A stretch of 63,999 nucleotides of DNA, counting the filler, from Planctomycetota bacterium (lineage in GTDB: Bacteria; Planctomycetota; Planctomycetia; JALXBF01), in assembly GCA_026991575.1 (NCBI GenBank). It is 5 parts of 5 records of this genome, joined end to end, with 100 filler letters (N's around TTAATTAATTAA, not from the genome) between each part and the next. Parts side by side here need not be neighbours in the genome. Positions count along the whole stretch, not along the records: positions 55,854 to 62,222 come from JALXBF010000067.1; positions 62,323 to 63,999 come from JALXBF010000083.1; 3 more parts are not named here. One strand, 5' to 3'. The translations under genes were made by a program, and so were the position numbers. The notes below the pieces were generated by a model that was given only the letters and a program-made list of their open reading frames with translations, was not told the DNA's origin and ran no database searches. Positions 55,960 to 63,999 of this stretch are shown here, piece after piece (the first letter of the stretch is position 1; each line of letters opens with the position of its first letter).

Positions 55960-56643
55960 ATGGTACAGTTCGAGCGTGCGTTCCGCGCGTTGACCGGCTT
56001 TGAGCCGTTTCGGTGGCAGCAGCGGCTGTACGAACGGTTCTTGGCGGGGGACATTCCCGATGCCTGCAACCTCCCCACGGGCAGTGGCAAGACGGCCGTC
56101 ATCCCGATCTGGCTGATCGCCCTTGTCAACGGCGTGGAAAACGGGGTGCGATTGCCGCGTCGGTTGGTCTATGTCGTACATCGCCGCACCGTGGTGGACC
56201 AGGCCACCGATGTGGTTCTTTAGCTCCGAGCCCGACTGATCGACCCGGCGACGGTCCAAGAACCAGCGCTGCGCGGCGAGCTGGAGAAGTTGCGACGCGC
56301 ACTGGCTGCACGGAGCGTGATCGGAAACGATGTGCCGCTGGCAGTCAGTACGCTCCGTGGCGAGCTGGCCGACAACGAGGAGTGGGAGCTGGACCCATCG
56401 CGTCCGGCAGTGATTGTCGGGACCGTCGATATGGTGGGCAGCAGACTGCTCTTTTCCGGTTACGGGGACGGTCGGCGCAGCCGAGCGCACCATGCCGGAC
56501 TTCTCGGATTCGACTGTTTGTTTGTCCACGATGAGGCCCATCTAACACCTGCTTTCAGCGATCTGTTACGTCAGGTGCGTGACCTGATGGTTCAGGAATA
56601 CTCGCGCATGCCCGCCGAGTGGCAACACTATGCAAGACCGTAG
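55960..56643 (+). pseudogene. cas3: Type I-G (I-U) Cas3 helicase, 5' fragment with internal TAG, truncated after the DEAH motif
   Basis: FEPFRWQ, LPTGSGKT, PRRLVYVVHRRTVVDQ, in-frame TAG at 56221-56223, then in the same frame STLRGELADN, GTVDMVGSRLLFSGYG, HAGLLG, HDEAHL; no N-terminal HD domain, as expected for I-G. Confidence 0.9.
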
Positions 56644-57452
56644 TGTATCTTCCCGAGAGCCTGTTGCCGTATCGGCCGTACGTGGCGTTCGAGCTGCGTG
56701 ATGCTCAGGATCGTCTTCGCGCCGTGCCGCCGCAACGTGCGGTCGCGATCGCGGCTCATTTGCGTTCCGCTGCCTGTGAGAAAGCCAAGGCCGAGTCCGG
56801 CCATCAGTTTCCCGGAGGGGCGGGGCGCTACGTGGCCGGACACGCTCAGAATTCGCGGGATGCGTTCGAACGGTTCAGTTACCTGCCATTGCCAACGGTC
56901 CGCATGGGTGGCTACGCCGACGGTAAGATCCGTCGCGTGCTGATTGCAGAGCCCTTCGGATCGACCGGTGAACACGTGCGATGGGCGGCGCGCGTGCTCC
57001 GCGACGTGCCGCTGACGGACCGTTCCGGCACAACTGTGGCCTGGCTCGTTCCCGCTCGCCGCCGCGATCACGTGGTGCGGTGCTACGTCGGGCCCGGACG
57101 GGAGTGGTTCACGGTCACGCCCGTCGTGCTGCCCGGGCATGACGATCACAAGCCTGCCAAGCGGCGCAAGCTGCTGGCGAAAGCGATTAGGCAAGCGGGA
57201 ATCCCACTGGCCGCAATCGAAGATCTCATCGCGCGCAACGCGCCGTTCTGGCCAGGCGGACTTCATCCCACATGCTATCACCGACCGGACTACCTGCAGC
57301 ACTACCCACTGTGTCACGTTTATGTACGCTTTCGCGAAGAAGTCCGAGGCCCGATCGCCGTGGGCGCCGGGCGGCACTGTGGGCTTGGCGTGTTCGCAAC
57401 CGGCCTGGAGCGAGCGCTACGTGACGAGGCGGTGGAACAGAGGGGGGACTGA
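56619..57452 (+). CDS. csb2: Type I-G Csb2 (Cas5/Cas6 fusion), C-terminal Cas6-like half only
   Basis: VAGH, FSYLPLPT, DGKIRRVLIAEP, W.TVTPVVLPGHDD, RAMP G-loop VRGPIAVGAGRHCGLGVF; only about 270 aa, with an in-frame stop at 56580 upstream. Confidence 0.85.
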   Translation: MATLCKTVVYLPESLLPYRPYVAFELRDAQDRLRAVPPQRAVAIAAHLRSAACEKAKAESGHQFPGGAGRYVAGHAQNSRDAFERFSYLPLPTVRMGGYADGKIRRVLIAEPFGSTGEHVRWAARVLRDVPLTDRSGTTVAWLVPARRRDHVVRCYVGPGREWFTVTPVVLPGHDDHKPAKRRKLLAKAIRQAGIPLAAIEDLIARNAPFWPGGLHPTCYHRPDYLQHYPLCHVYVRFREEVRGPIAVGAGRHCGLGVFATGLERALRDEAVEQRGD

Positions 57453-57463
57453 ACCGTGCCGTT

Positions 57464-57546
57464 GCTGGCCGGTGAGGCCGCAGCGGTGCTGTACCGCTTG
57501 ACTGGACCAGGGGGGCGAGCAAGTGTCTGCGACGCGTCCGGCCAGC
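57464..57546. terminator. Inverted repeats between convergent csb2 and cas4-cas1
   Basis: GCTGGCCGG (57464) / CCGGCCAGC (57538) with an inner AGCGGT/ACCGCT hairpin; no U-tract. Confidence 0.3.
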
Positions 57547-57553
57547 GTTCTGC

Positions 57554-59392
57554 TCAGCGTACCCGGAACACCGGATAGCGGCCAAGCTCACCGCGGATCA
57601 GGCGCGCCAGCAGTCGAGCTTGCAGCTCCAACAGGCCGCGGTAGGTGACCTGATAGCCAAATAGCGGATGGGTCACCAGCTGGTTCATCCGCTGCTCGTA
57701 CGCCCGGAAGAATGCTGAACGGCCGGCCTGGTTCAGATTCACGCCGGAGCCAGCACGCACAAAGTGCGTCGGCTTGACCATCCCCCGATTGATCGCCGTA
57801 TACACGACCGCGTCGGCAATCACCGGCCGAAACGGCTCCATCAGGTCCAGAGCCAGCGCGGGACGACGCGGCCGCATCTGGTGATAGAAGCCGAGATATG
57901 GGTCCAGCCCAACGAGCTGACAGACGATCGTCAGGTCTTTACACAACACCGAGTATGCCAGCGAAAGCAGCGCATTGACCGGGTCGCGTGGCGGCCTGCG
58001 GTTCCGCTTGGCAAAATCGAACCGCCACACGTCCTGTGTGTCACCGTTGCCACCGCTGCCCTGTTCTTCCTCGTCGAGTGGTTCCTTGCCCCGCTTGATC
58101 AGCCCATCGAACGCTTGGAAGTAAAAGCGCCCCGCAGCTCCCTCGATGCCCCTCAGCGTGTCAATGTCCCTGGCAGCCCTCGCATCGCGAGCCAGTTGCT
58201 TCAGGCTTGCCAGCACCTGCTGAGGCGGCTCGATATGGTTGCGCTGCAGAATCACCCGCTGATTCTCGATCTTGCCGGCAACGATCTCCCGCGCAAACTC
58301 CAGGCAGAACCAGCCGCGCTCTGCCATCACGTGCTGCTCATGGCGTAAGAGAGCGTTCGTGGCGTCGAGGCCGTGTAGTAGACCACAGAACCAGCCGCCG
58401 TACGTGAAGAAGGCCACCGGAATCTGCTCGTTGACCAGCGTCCGTAGCGCCTGGGTCGTGCACTGCACATTGCCAAAAATCGCCACGTGCGACAGGTCCT
58501 TGCACAGGAACTCTTGCCTGTCGCCTTCCGGAAGCTGCACGATGAGTCGCCGGCCGCTAACGCGAACGTAGGCCCCCTGGGTGTTCAAGTACAGCGGCTT
58601 GCCGCGTGTGTCCCGGATCGACAGCGTCCGCACCGGGACGTTATCCGGCAGACGACCATCGTACTGCTGTTGCTCCAGTTCCGCAAACAGCATGCGTTGC
58701 CGTGTCGTTCCCGGCCGGGTCTTCACCGCGGCCGCCCAGGTTTCGTCCGGCAGGCAGACCGGCGCCAGCGAGCAGCCGTCGCACTTGGGACTGTTGAAAA
58801 GCGGCGGCGGAATGCGGCGCGCCTCGGCCAGCTCCTTAGCCTTGGCCAGCTCTGCCAGAAACCAGCGCTCCTGCTCCGGCCCCACACGCACGCGCACACG
58901 CTGCTTGCTGGCACAGTAGTAGACGATCGCCTCGTCGCACTCGTAGCCGTTGTCTCTCAGAATCAGCACCTGGCCGATCGCCTGCACCAGCTCTGGCGGC
59001 CACGGTTCGAGCCGCCCATCCTCCAGCTCCCGCGGCCTGCCCCTCTTGTAGTCGACCGGCACGACCTTACCGTTCTCTGCCTCGACCAGATCCAGCACCG
59101 CTACCACCCCGAGGCGGTCACTGCCCAGGTGGACCGAACGCGCTTTCACCGGCAGACCGCCTGAGATCTGTTCCGGATCGGGCAGCTCTTGGTGGTCCAC
59201 ATGCACGCGGCGATGCTTGCTTTCACCGTCCACAGTGTACTGGTTCGGGATGAATGCCTGGTCGACGTGCTCCAGGTAAAACAGCCGCGGACAGTAAACG
59301 AACTTCCGCAGCATGCTTAACGGCAGATAGTCCTCTGGCGTAGCGGTCTGCTCAGGAGTCGGACGATCTGCTGGGTGCACGTCGTTGGCCAT
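57554..59392 (-). CDS. cas1: Cas4-Cas1 fusion, type I-G style, apparently intact
   Basis: Cas4: YCPRLFY, DLVE, VDYKRG, KCDGCSLAPVC (four Fe-S Cys). Cas1: IFGNVQ.TTQA, GIEG.A.R.YF, NRRPPRDPVNALLSLAYS, GFYH, ALDLMEPFRP. Confidence 0.96.
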   Translation of the reverse strand: MANDVHPADRPTPEQTATPEDYLPLSMLRKFVYCPRLFYLEHVDQAFIPNQYTVDGESKHRRVHVDHQELPDPEQISGGLPVKARSVHLGSDRLGVVAVLDLVEAENGKVVPVDYKRGRPRELEDGRLEPWPPELVQAIGQVLILRDNGYECDEAIVYYCASKQRVRVRVGPEQERWFLAELAKAKELAEARRIPPPLFNSPKCDGCSLAPVCLPDETWAAAVKTRPGTTRQRMLFAELEQQQYDGRLPDNVPVRTLSIRDTRGKPLYLNTQGAYVRVSGRRLIVQLPEGDRQEFLCKDLSHVAIFGNVQCTTQALRTLVNEQIPVAFFTYGGWFCGLLHGLDATNALLRHEQHVMAERGWFCLEFAREIVAGKIENQRVILQRNHIEPPQQVLASLKQLARDARAARDIDTLRGIEGAAGRFYFQAFDGLIKRGKEPLDEEEQGSGGNGDTQDVWRFDFAKRNRRPPRDPVNALLSLAYSVLCKDLTIVCQLVGLDPYLGFYHQMRPRRPALALDLMEPFRPVIADAVVYTAINRGMVKPTHFVRAGSGVNLNQAGRSAFFRAYEQRMNQLVTHPLFGYQVTYRGLLELQARLLARLIRGELGRYPVFRVR

Positions 59393-59410
59393 AGTGCTAC
59401 TCCGCGAACC

Positions 59411-59704
59411 TCACACCACATAACTCGGCGGGTCGATCTTGTGAAACGGACGCCCGACCGTGCGGATGTCACGCTCAGCCAGTGAGCTGCTCGGACCGAA
59501 GTTGAGGAAAAGAACCTGATCCTCGTCGTGCTTGATGACCGCGGCCAGCTCAGTCATGCAGGCGATGAGTTCGCATTCGTCGAGGTGGCATTCGAAGACG
59601 GAGTATTGGATGCGGCGCCCGAAGTTCTCCATGATGCGGGCGACCTTACGGAGCCGTTTGTCGTTGCAGATGTCGTAGGCTACGATCCAGACGGTTCTCC
59701 CCAT
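59411..59704 (-). CDS. cas2: CRISPR-associated Cas2
   Basis: IVAYDICNDKRLRKV, FGRRIQYSVFEC, IKHDEDQV; GAGGTG RBS before ATG 59704. Confidence 0.96.
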   Translation of the reverse strand: MGRTVWIVAYDICNDKRLRKVARIMENFGRRIQYSVFECHLDECELIACMTELAAVIKHDEDQVLFLNFGPSSSLAERDIRTVGRPFHKIDPPSYVV

Positions 59705-59889
59705 GCCGGTCACCTCACTTGGTAGCGACCGACCCGCCGCAACACCAGCATAACAAAATAGGCAATCTGGGTGGAATAGCAAATCTTGGGTCCTGTGAGG
59801 GATGGGTGCTCCGCCTGGCCCTTGTACAATTGGTCACGCGGCGGCATGTTCACCGTTGCCTTGTCGGGTGCCAGTCCAGGGGGTGGTCG

Positions 59890-61251
59890 ATGACAGGTGA
59901 GACCGCAGCCGGTTCCGAGGCGCTGGCGTACACGCCGGCGCAGATTGTGGAGTACTTGGATCGGTACATCGTTGGGCAGGAGCAAGCGAAGCGCGCCGTC
60001 GCGCTTGCGATTCGCAACCGCTGGCGCCGACTCCAGCTCGACGAGCGCCAGCGCCAGGAGATTACCCCGAAGAACATCTTGCTCATCGGGCCCACCGGCG
60101 TGGGCAAGACGGAGATCGCTCGCCGGCTGGCACAGCTGCTGCGGGCCCCGTTCGTCAAGGTGGAAGCTACCAAGTTCACCGAAGTCGGCTACGTAGGCCG
60201 GGACGTGGAGAGCATGGTACGTGACCTGGTCAAGGTTGCGATCGCGCTGGTGCGGGAGGAGCAGGAGGCGATCGTGCGGGCGGAGGCTGAAGCCAGGGCG
60301 GAGGCACGGCTAGTGGACGTGCTGCTGAGCTCCGGGGCAGTGTCTGAGCTGACGGCCACCGACCCGGCCGCCAGAGGCGGCGCCCGGGAGCGGCTTCGCG
60401 ACATGCTCCGCCGCGGCGTCCTCGACAACCGCCGGATCACGCTAGAGTTGCCGGGCCGCAAGGTGGGGGTCCGCGTCGTGCCGCTGCCGGGCATGGAGCA
60501 ACTGGAGCAGGATCTGGAGCGGATGTTCCGTGATCTGTTGCCGAAGCCACCTCAGACGCGAGAGATGACGGTGGCCGAGGCGAGAAAGATCTTCATCGAC
60601 CAGGAGCTGGAGAAGCTGCTCGACGAAGACAAGATCACTCAGGAAGCGCTGCGCAGGGCCGAGGAATCGGGCATCATCTTCGTGGACGAGCTTGACAAGA
60701 TCTGTGCCACGGGCACCCGCGTCGGGGGCGACGTGTCGCGCGAGGGGGTACAACGGGATCTGCTGCCGATTATTGAGGGGACGACCGTCTCGACCCGCTA
60801 CGGCTCCATCCGCACGGACTTCATCCTCTTCATCGGCGCAGGCGCCTTCCACATGGCCCGCCCCTCGGACCTGATGCCCGAACTGCAGGGGCGGTTCCCA
60901 ATTCGCGTCGAGCTTCATCCGCTGAAGAAGGAGGATTTCCTGCGTATCTTGAAGGAGCCGGAAAGCTCGATCATCCGCCAGTATCAGGCACTGCTTCGCA
61001 CCGAGGGGGTCGAGCTTACGTTCCGCGACGATGCCCTCGAAGCGATTGCAGACATTGCTTATCGCGTAAACCGGCAGACACAGGACATCGGAGCACGGCG
61101 GCTTCATACGATTGTTGAGCGGGTGTTGGAGGACGTTAGCTTTGATGCGCCGGCACTGAGCGGTCAGACCATTGTGGTCGACCGGGACTATGTGCTCGAG
61201 CGGCTGAAAGACGTCGTCACCGACGAGGATCTTGCACGCTATGTCCTTTAG
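59890..61251 (+). CDS. hslU: ATP-dependent protease ATPase subunit HslU (ClpY)
   Basis: [35 protein letters not shown] pore loop, [34 protein letters not shown]-terminus. Confidence 0.97.
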   Translation: MTGETAAGSEALAYTPAQIVEYLDRYIVGQEQAKRAVALAIRNRWRRLQLDERQRQEITPKNILLIGPTGVGKTEIARRLAQLLRAPFVKVEATKFTEVGYVGRDVESMVRDLVKVAIALVREEQEAIVRAEAEARAEARLVDVLLSSGAVSELTATDPAARGGARERLRDMLRRGVLDNRRITLELPGRKVGVRVVPLPGMEQLEQDLERMFRDLLPKPPQTREMTVAEARKIFIDQELEKLLDEDKITQEALRRAEESGIIFVDELDKICATGTRVGGDVSREGVQRDLLPIIEGTTVSTRYGSIRTDFILFIGAGAFHMARPSDLMPELQGRFPIRVELHPLKKEDFLRILKEPESSIIRQYQALLRTEGVELTFRDDALEAIADIAYRVNRQTQDIGARRLHTIVERVLEDVSFDAPALSGQTIVVDRDYVLERLKDVVTDEDLARYVL

Positions 61252-61813
61252 GTCCGGTTCAACGGCGGCATTCTATGGCGGCAGCCGGCACGGTACGACC
61301 GTCTTGTCCGTTCGCCGTGGTTCGAAGGTGGCCATTGGAGCGGACGGCCAGGTTACCTATGGCGATACCGTACTGAAGGCGAACGCTACCAAGATCCGCC
61401 GCCTCGCCGACGGCGAAGTGCTGGTCGGCTTTGCCGGTGCGACCGCAGACGCGTTTGCGTTGTTGGAACGGTTCGAGGCCAAACTGCGCGCTCATCCGGG
61501 CAATATCGTGCGCGCTGCCGTCGAGCTGGCCAAGGACTGGCGCACGGACCGGGCGTTGCGGCAGTTGCAAGCGATCCTGGCGGTGGTCGACGCACGGACC
61601 AGCCTGCTGGTCACGGGCGTGGGCGACGTGCTGGAGCCTAGTGACGGTATCATCGGCATCGGTTCAGGGGGACCGGCCGCGACAGCGGCCGCCCGAGCCC
61701 TGTTACGGCACACGGATCTGGACGCGGCCACCATCGTGCGCGAGGCACTCCGAATTGCGGCCGAGATCGACGTCTACACCAACGATGCCATCACAGTCGA
61801 AGAGCTGCCGTGA
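61241..61813 (+). CDS. hslV: ATP-dependent protease peptidase subunit HslV (ClpQ) with short propeptide
   Basis: [51 protein letters not shown] overlaps the hslU 3' end. Confidence 0.96.
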   Translation: MSFRSGSTAAFYGGSRHGTTVLSVRRGSKVAIGADGQVTYGDTVLKANATKIRRLADGEVLVGFAGATADAFALLERFEAKLRAHPGNIVRAAVELAKDWRTDRALRQLQAILAVVDARTSLLVTGVGDVLEPSDGIIGIGSGGPAATAAARALLRHTDLDAATIVREALRIAAEIDVYTNDAITVEELP

Positions 61814-62222
61814 GCACCAGCGACCGAGGCCACCGTCTACCGCTGAACACCACGCTGTGGTCAGTTACCGGCGCTGCCTGCACGCTGGGTGAGCTGCTGG
61901 CGCACGATCGAACGCTGATCGTCTTGCTCCGCCACTTGAACTGAATTGCTTGCCAGGATCACCTGGTTCAGGTGAACGAGGCGTACGGCGAATTCGCCAG
62001 ACGCCGTGCCGGTGTGCTGGCGGTGGGCTTCGAACCTCCCGAACATCTTGCTGCGTGGCAGCCGATCAGGCCGTTGGACTTTCCCGTAGTGGTCGATCCG
62101 GACAGAGCGCTCTACCGCTCGGTCGGCGCTGGCCGTGTCCCACTGCGGCGGCTCCTGACGCCACGGGTGATCCGATACTACTGGCGGCTGTATCGGCGCT
62201 GGGGCATGCCGCGCAAGCCGCG
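61810..62222 (+). CDS. Probable selenoprotein: AhpC/TSA-like (SelL/PRXL2-related) redoxin with UxxC motif (3' truncated)
   Basis: GTG overlaps the hslV TGA; frame reads ...[13 protein letters not shown](61942)[10 protein letters not shown]...VLAVGFE...[21 protein letters not shown]-like hairpin follows. Confidence 0.82.
61959..61975 (+). promoter_or_regulatory. Candidate bacterial SECIS hairpin
   Basis: TCACCTG-GTT-CAGGTGA: 7-bp stem, loop starting GU, 21 nt after the UGA. Confidence 0.65.
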
Positions 62223-62322
62223 NNNNNNNNNNNNNNNNNNNNNNNNNNNNNNNNNNNNNNNNNNNNTTAATTAATTAANNNNNNNNNNNNNNNNNNNNNN
62301 NNNNNNNNNNNNNNNNNNNNNN
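62223..62322. other. Artificial contig-joining spacer
   Basis: 44 N + TTAATTAATTAA + 44 N. Confidence 0.99.
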
Positions 62323-62323
62323 G

Positions 62324-62461
62324 AGCTGGACGGGCTGGTACCTGGAACCGCGTTTCCACCTCCCTTCCGGTGTGAGAGTTGTGGCTCGTGCGGGTGGTGG
62401 CGAGGGACAGTACGAATTTGGCTTCGGGTTTGCGTTGCCGGTCGGGAGGAAGAGCCGGTGA
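62324..62461 (+). CDS. C-terminal fragment of an unknown protein (5' cut by contig start)
   Basis: Open frame SWTGWYLEPRFHLPSGVRVVARAGGGEGQYEFGFGFALPVGRKSR ending in a TGA that overlaps the next GTG start. Confidence 0.45.
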   Translation, partial: SWTGWYLEPRFHLPSGVRVVARAGGGEGQYEFGFGFALPVGRKSR

Positions 62462-63514
62462 ACGCGCGAGAAACAGTGGCGCACGTCTTCGTGCTCCTTG
62501 CGGTACCGCTGACCCTTGCGGCTCAGGAAGGTGACTTCCGCATTCCGCATCCCGTGCCGGACCGGTTTCCTTTGAACGGTGCTTACCTGTACGCAGAGAC
62601 CAACTTCGGCTACCCTCACGGTGGCGTGGACATCCTGGTGAACACCGGCGACTCGGTGTACTCGGTGTGCGACGGGGTCGTGGATGGCAAAGGATACGAG
62701 CCGGAGGGCTTTGGTAAGTACGTGCGCCTGCGCTGGCGCTGGAACGGCCACTGGGTCTGGTTCTACTACGCGCACCTCTCACGGCACGATTTCCTCAACG
62801 TCGGCGACAGTGTGAGGGTTGGGCAGCTCGTGGGCCTGGCCGGGAGTACCGGCAACAGCACAGGACCGCACCTCCATTTCGAGATTCGTGAGAACACGCC
62901 GGATCCGGGGCGGCACCGGAATCGTCGCAACCCGGAGCTGTGGTTTGCCATGCGCGGGATGGGCGCGATCTACGGACGCGTGCCGGATGACCCCGGCGGC
63001 ACGCGTCTGGACGTGACGCCGGATCCGAAACCGCGTCCGCCCTACGTGAACTACGGATGGACTCTGACGTACACNNNNNNNNNNCGAGAACTGGGCCGTG
63101 GGGGACGTGGTCCCGGGCACGTACGTGATCACTTCGCAGGACGGGCGCTACCGTCGGGTCGTCACGGTGCACGCGGGCGAAGTGGTGAACGCGGATCTGG
63201 CTGCGGGAGTGACGCAGTCCGGCGCAGAGCCAAAACCGACCCGTTACGGGCTTGTGCGGGCCTGGCCCAATCCCTTCCACGGGTGGCTTCACGTGCGGTG
63301 TTTGCTCAGCACCGGCGAACCGGTGGAAGTGGAAATCCTGGACCTGCTCGGGCGCAATCTGTACCGCGAGACCCTGCCGGGCGGACCGGTGGGGCTGGGG
63401 GAGTGGATCTGGGACGGACGGGACCGGCGCGGGGTTCAGGTGCCCCGGGGCCGCTACGTGGTTCGGGTCAGAACGCCTTCGACCGCTGTGACGGCGAAGG
63501 TGGTGCGCTGGTAG
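62458..63514 (+). CDS. Secreted M23 family metallopeptidase with C-terminal FlgD-Ig / T9SS type A-like domain; spans a 10-N scaffold gap
   Basis: Signal peptide, HGGVD (HxxxD), YAHL, STGPHLHFEIR; after the gap (63075-63084, frame change) AWPNPF..ILDLLGR..WDGRDRRG..VPRGRYVVRV. Confidence 0.82.
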
Positions 63515-63608
63515 GGTACCTGCGCTGACTTCGCCTGGGGCGGTGTCCCACGATGCGCCTGCCGCAACGGACTGACGCAGGTGAATTTGCTGTTCTCGAG
63601 GAGTGGCA

Positions 63609-63999
63609 GTGGCAGCCGTCTGGACGTGGACAACCACGTTGCTGAAAATCACGGATCGGTCGGCGCTGCAGGCCGCGCTGGCCGAACTGGGGCCATGGGC
63701 CATTGTGATGCTCGGGCTCAGCGCCGGTGTGTACCAGCCCCTGGGACCGGACGTGTTCGTGATTTCGTCGTCGCTGATCGGCATTCCGTCCGGTCAGGCG
63801 GCAGTTCTCGCGGCTCTTGCGACTGCGGCTGGAGCCTCTTTTGGGTACGCGCTTGGTGCAGGGCTTCTGGGCCCTGTCCTGGGCAGCCTGTTGCGCCGGA
63901 GGGCGGCCGCTGTGGCGAAAGTGCGGACCTGGCTCGCAAGGCGCGGCCTCTGGGTGGTTGCTCTGGCAGGCTTCAGCCCTGTCCCCCTCACTCAGGTTA
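63609..63999 (+). CDS. YqaA/DedA family (VTT domain) membrane protein, runs off the window; absent from the ORF track
   Basis: GAGGAG RBS, GTG 63609; QPLGPDVF, ATAAGASFGYALG, GLWVVALAGFSPVP. Confidence 0.8.
   Translation, partial: MAAVWTWTTTLLKITDRSALQAALAELGPWAIVMLGLSAGVYQPLGPDVFVISSSLIGIPSGQAAVLAALATAAGASFGYALGAGLLGPVLGSLLRRRAAAVAKVRTWLARRGLWVVALAGFSPVPLTQV

Noticed and set aside
56221..56223. TAG recoding (pyrrolysine or alternative code) in cas3
   Set aside because: TAG ends hslU on the same contig at its expected C-terminus, and cas3 is truncated anyway.
55854..62222. A true CRISPR array next to the cas genes
   Set aside because: No run of identical 28-37-nt repeats with spacers is visible in any intergenic gap of this contig; only the weak degenerate motif reported as a finding.
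48830..62222. Functional link between xdhC/mocA and the selenoprotein (selenium-dependent molybdenum hydroxylase system)
   Set aside because: They are on different contigs, no yqeB/yqeC or selD is visible, and Sec and labile-selenium pathways are distinct.
63075..63528. Programmed frameshift in the M23 peptidase
   Set aside because: The frame change coincides with a 10-N scaffold gap of arbitrary length.

Overview
This window is not one locus. It is five contigs joined by artificial 100-nt spacers (44 N + TTAATTAATTAA + 44 N): 1-24335, 24436-48729, 48830-55753, 55854-62222 and 62323-63999. Contigs 1-3 are GC-rich and look planctomycete-like (DUF1559 prepilin-type protein, DUF1501, sulfatase, PEGA lipoprotein). 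They carry mostly housekeeping and metabolic genes (dnaJ, hisF, pilT, scpB, coaX, obgE, guaA, tRNA-Asp, mgtE, speA, sucCD, xdhC/mocA, an ABC-2 exporter) and a four-gene sugar oxidoreductase/epimerase cluster. Contig 4 is the most interesting. It holds a collapsed type I-G (I-U) CRISPR-Cas locus: a cas3 5' fragment with an internal TAG is joined directly to the Cas6-like C-terminal half of csb2, with no cas8g, cas7 or array. Next to it is an apparently intact adaptation module in unusual order and orientation (cas2 then cas4-cas1 fusion, convergent). Divergent from cas2 is an hslU-hslV operon whose overlapping third gene, split in the ORF track, reads as a selenoprotein redoxin (in-frame TGA in a UxxC motif followed by a SECIS-like hairpin). 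Other oddities are three enzyme homologues lacking key catalytic motifs, a structured intergenic element upstream of dnaJ, and a last contig whose M23 peptidase has an FCB-type C-terminal domain and may come from another organism. All calls come from reading motifs by eye; no database searches were run.
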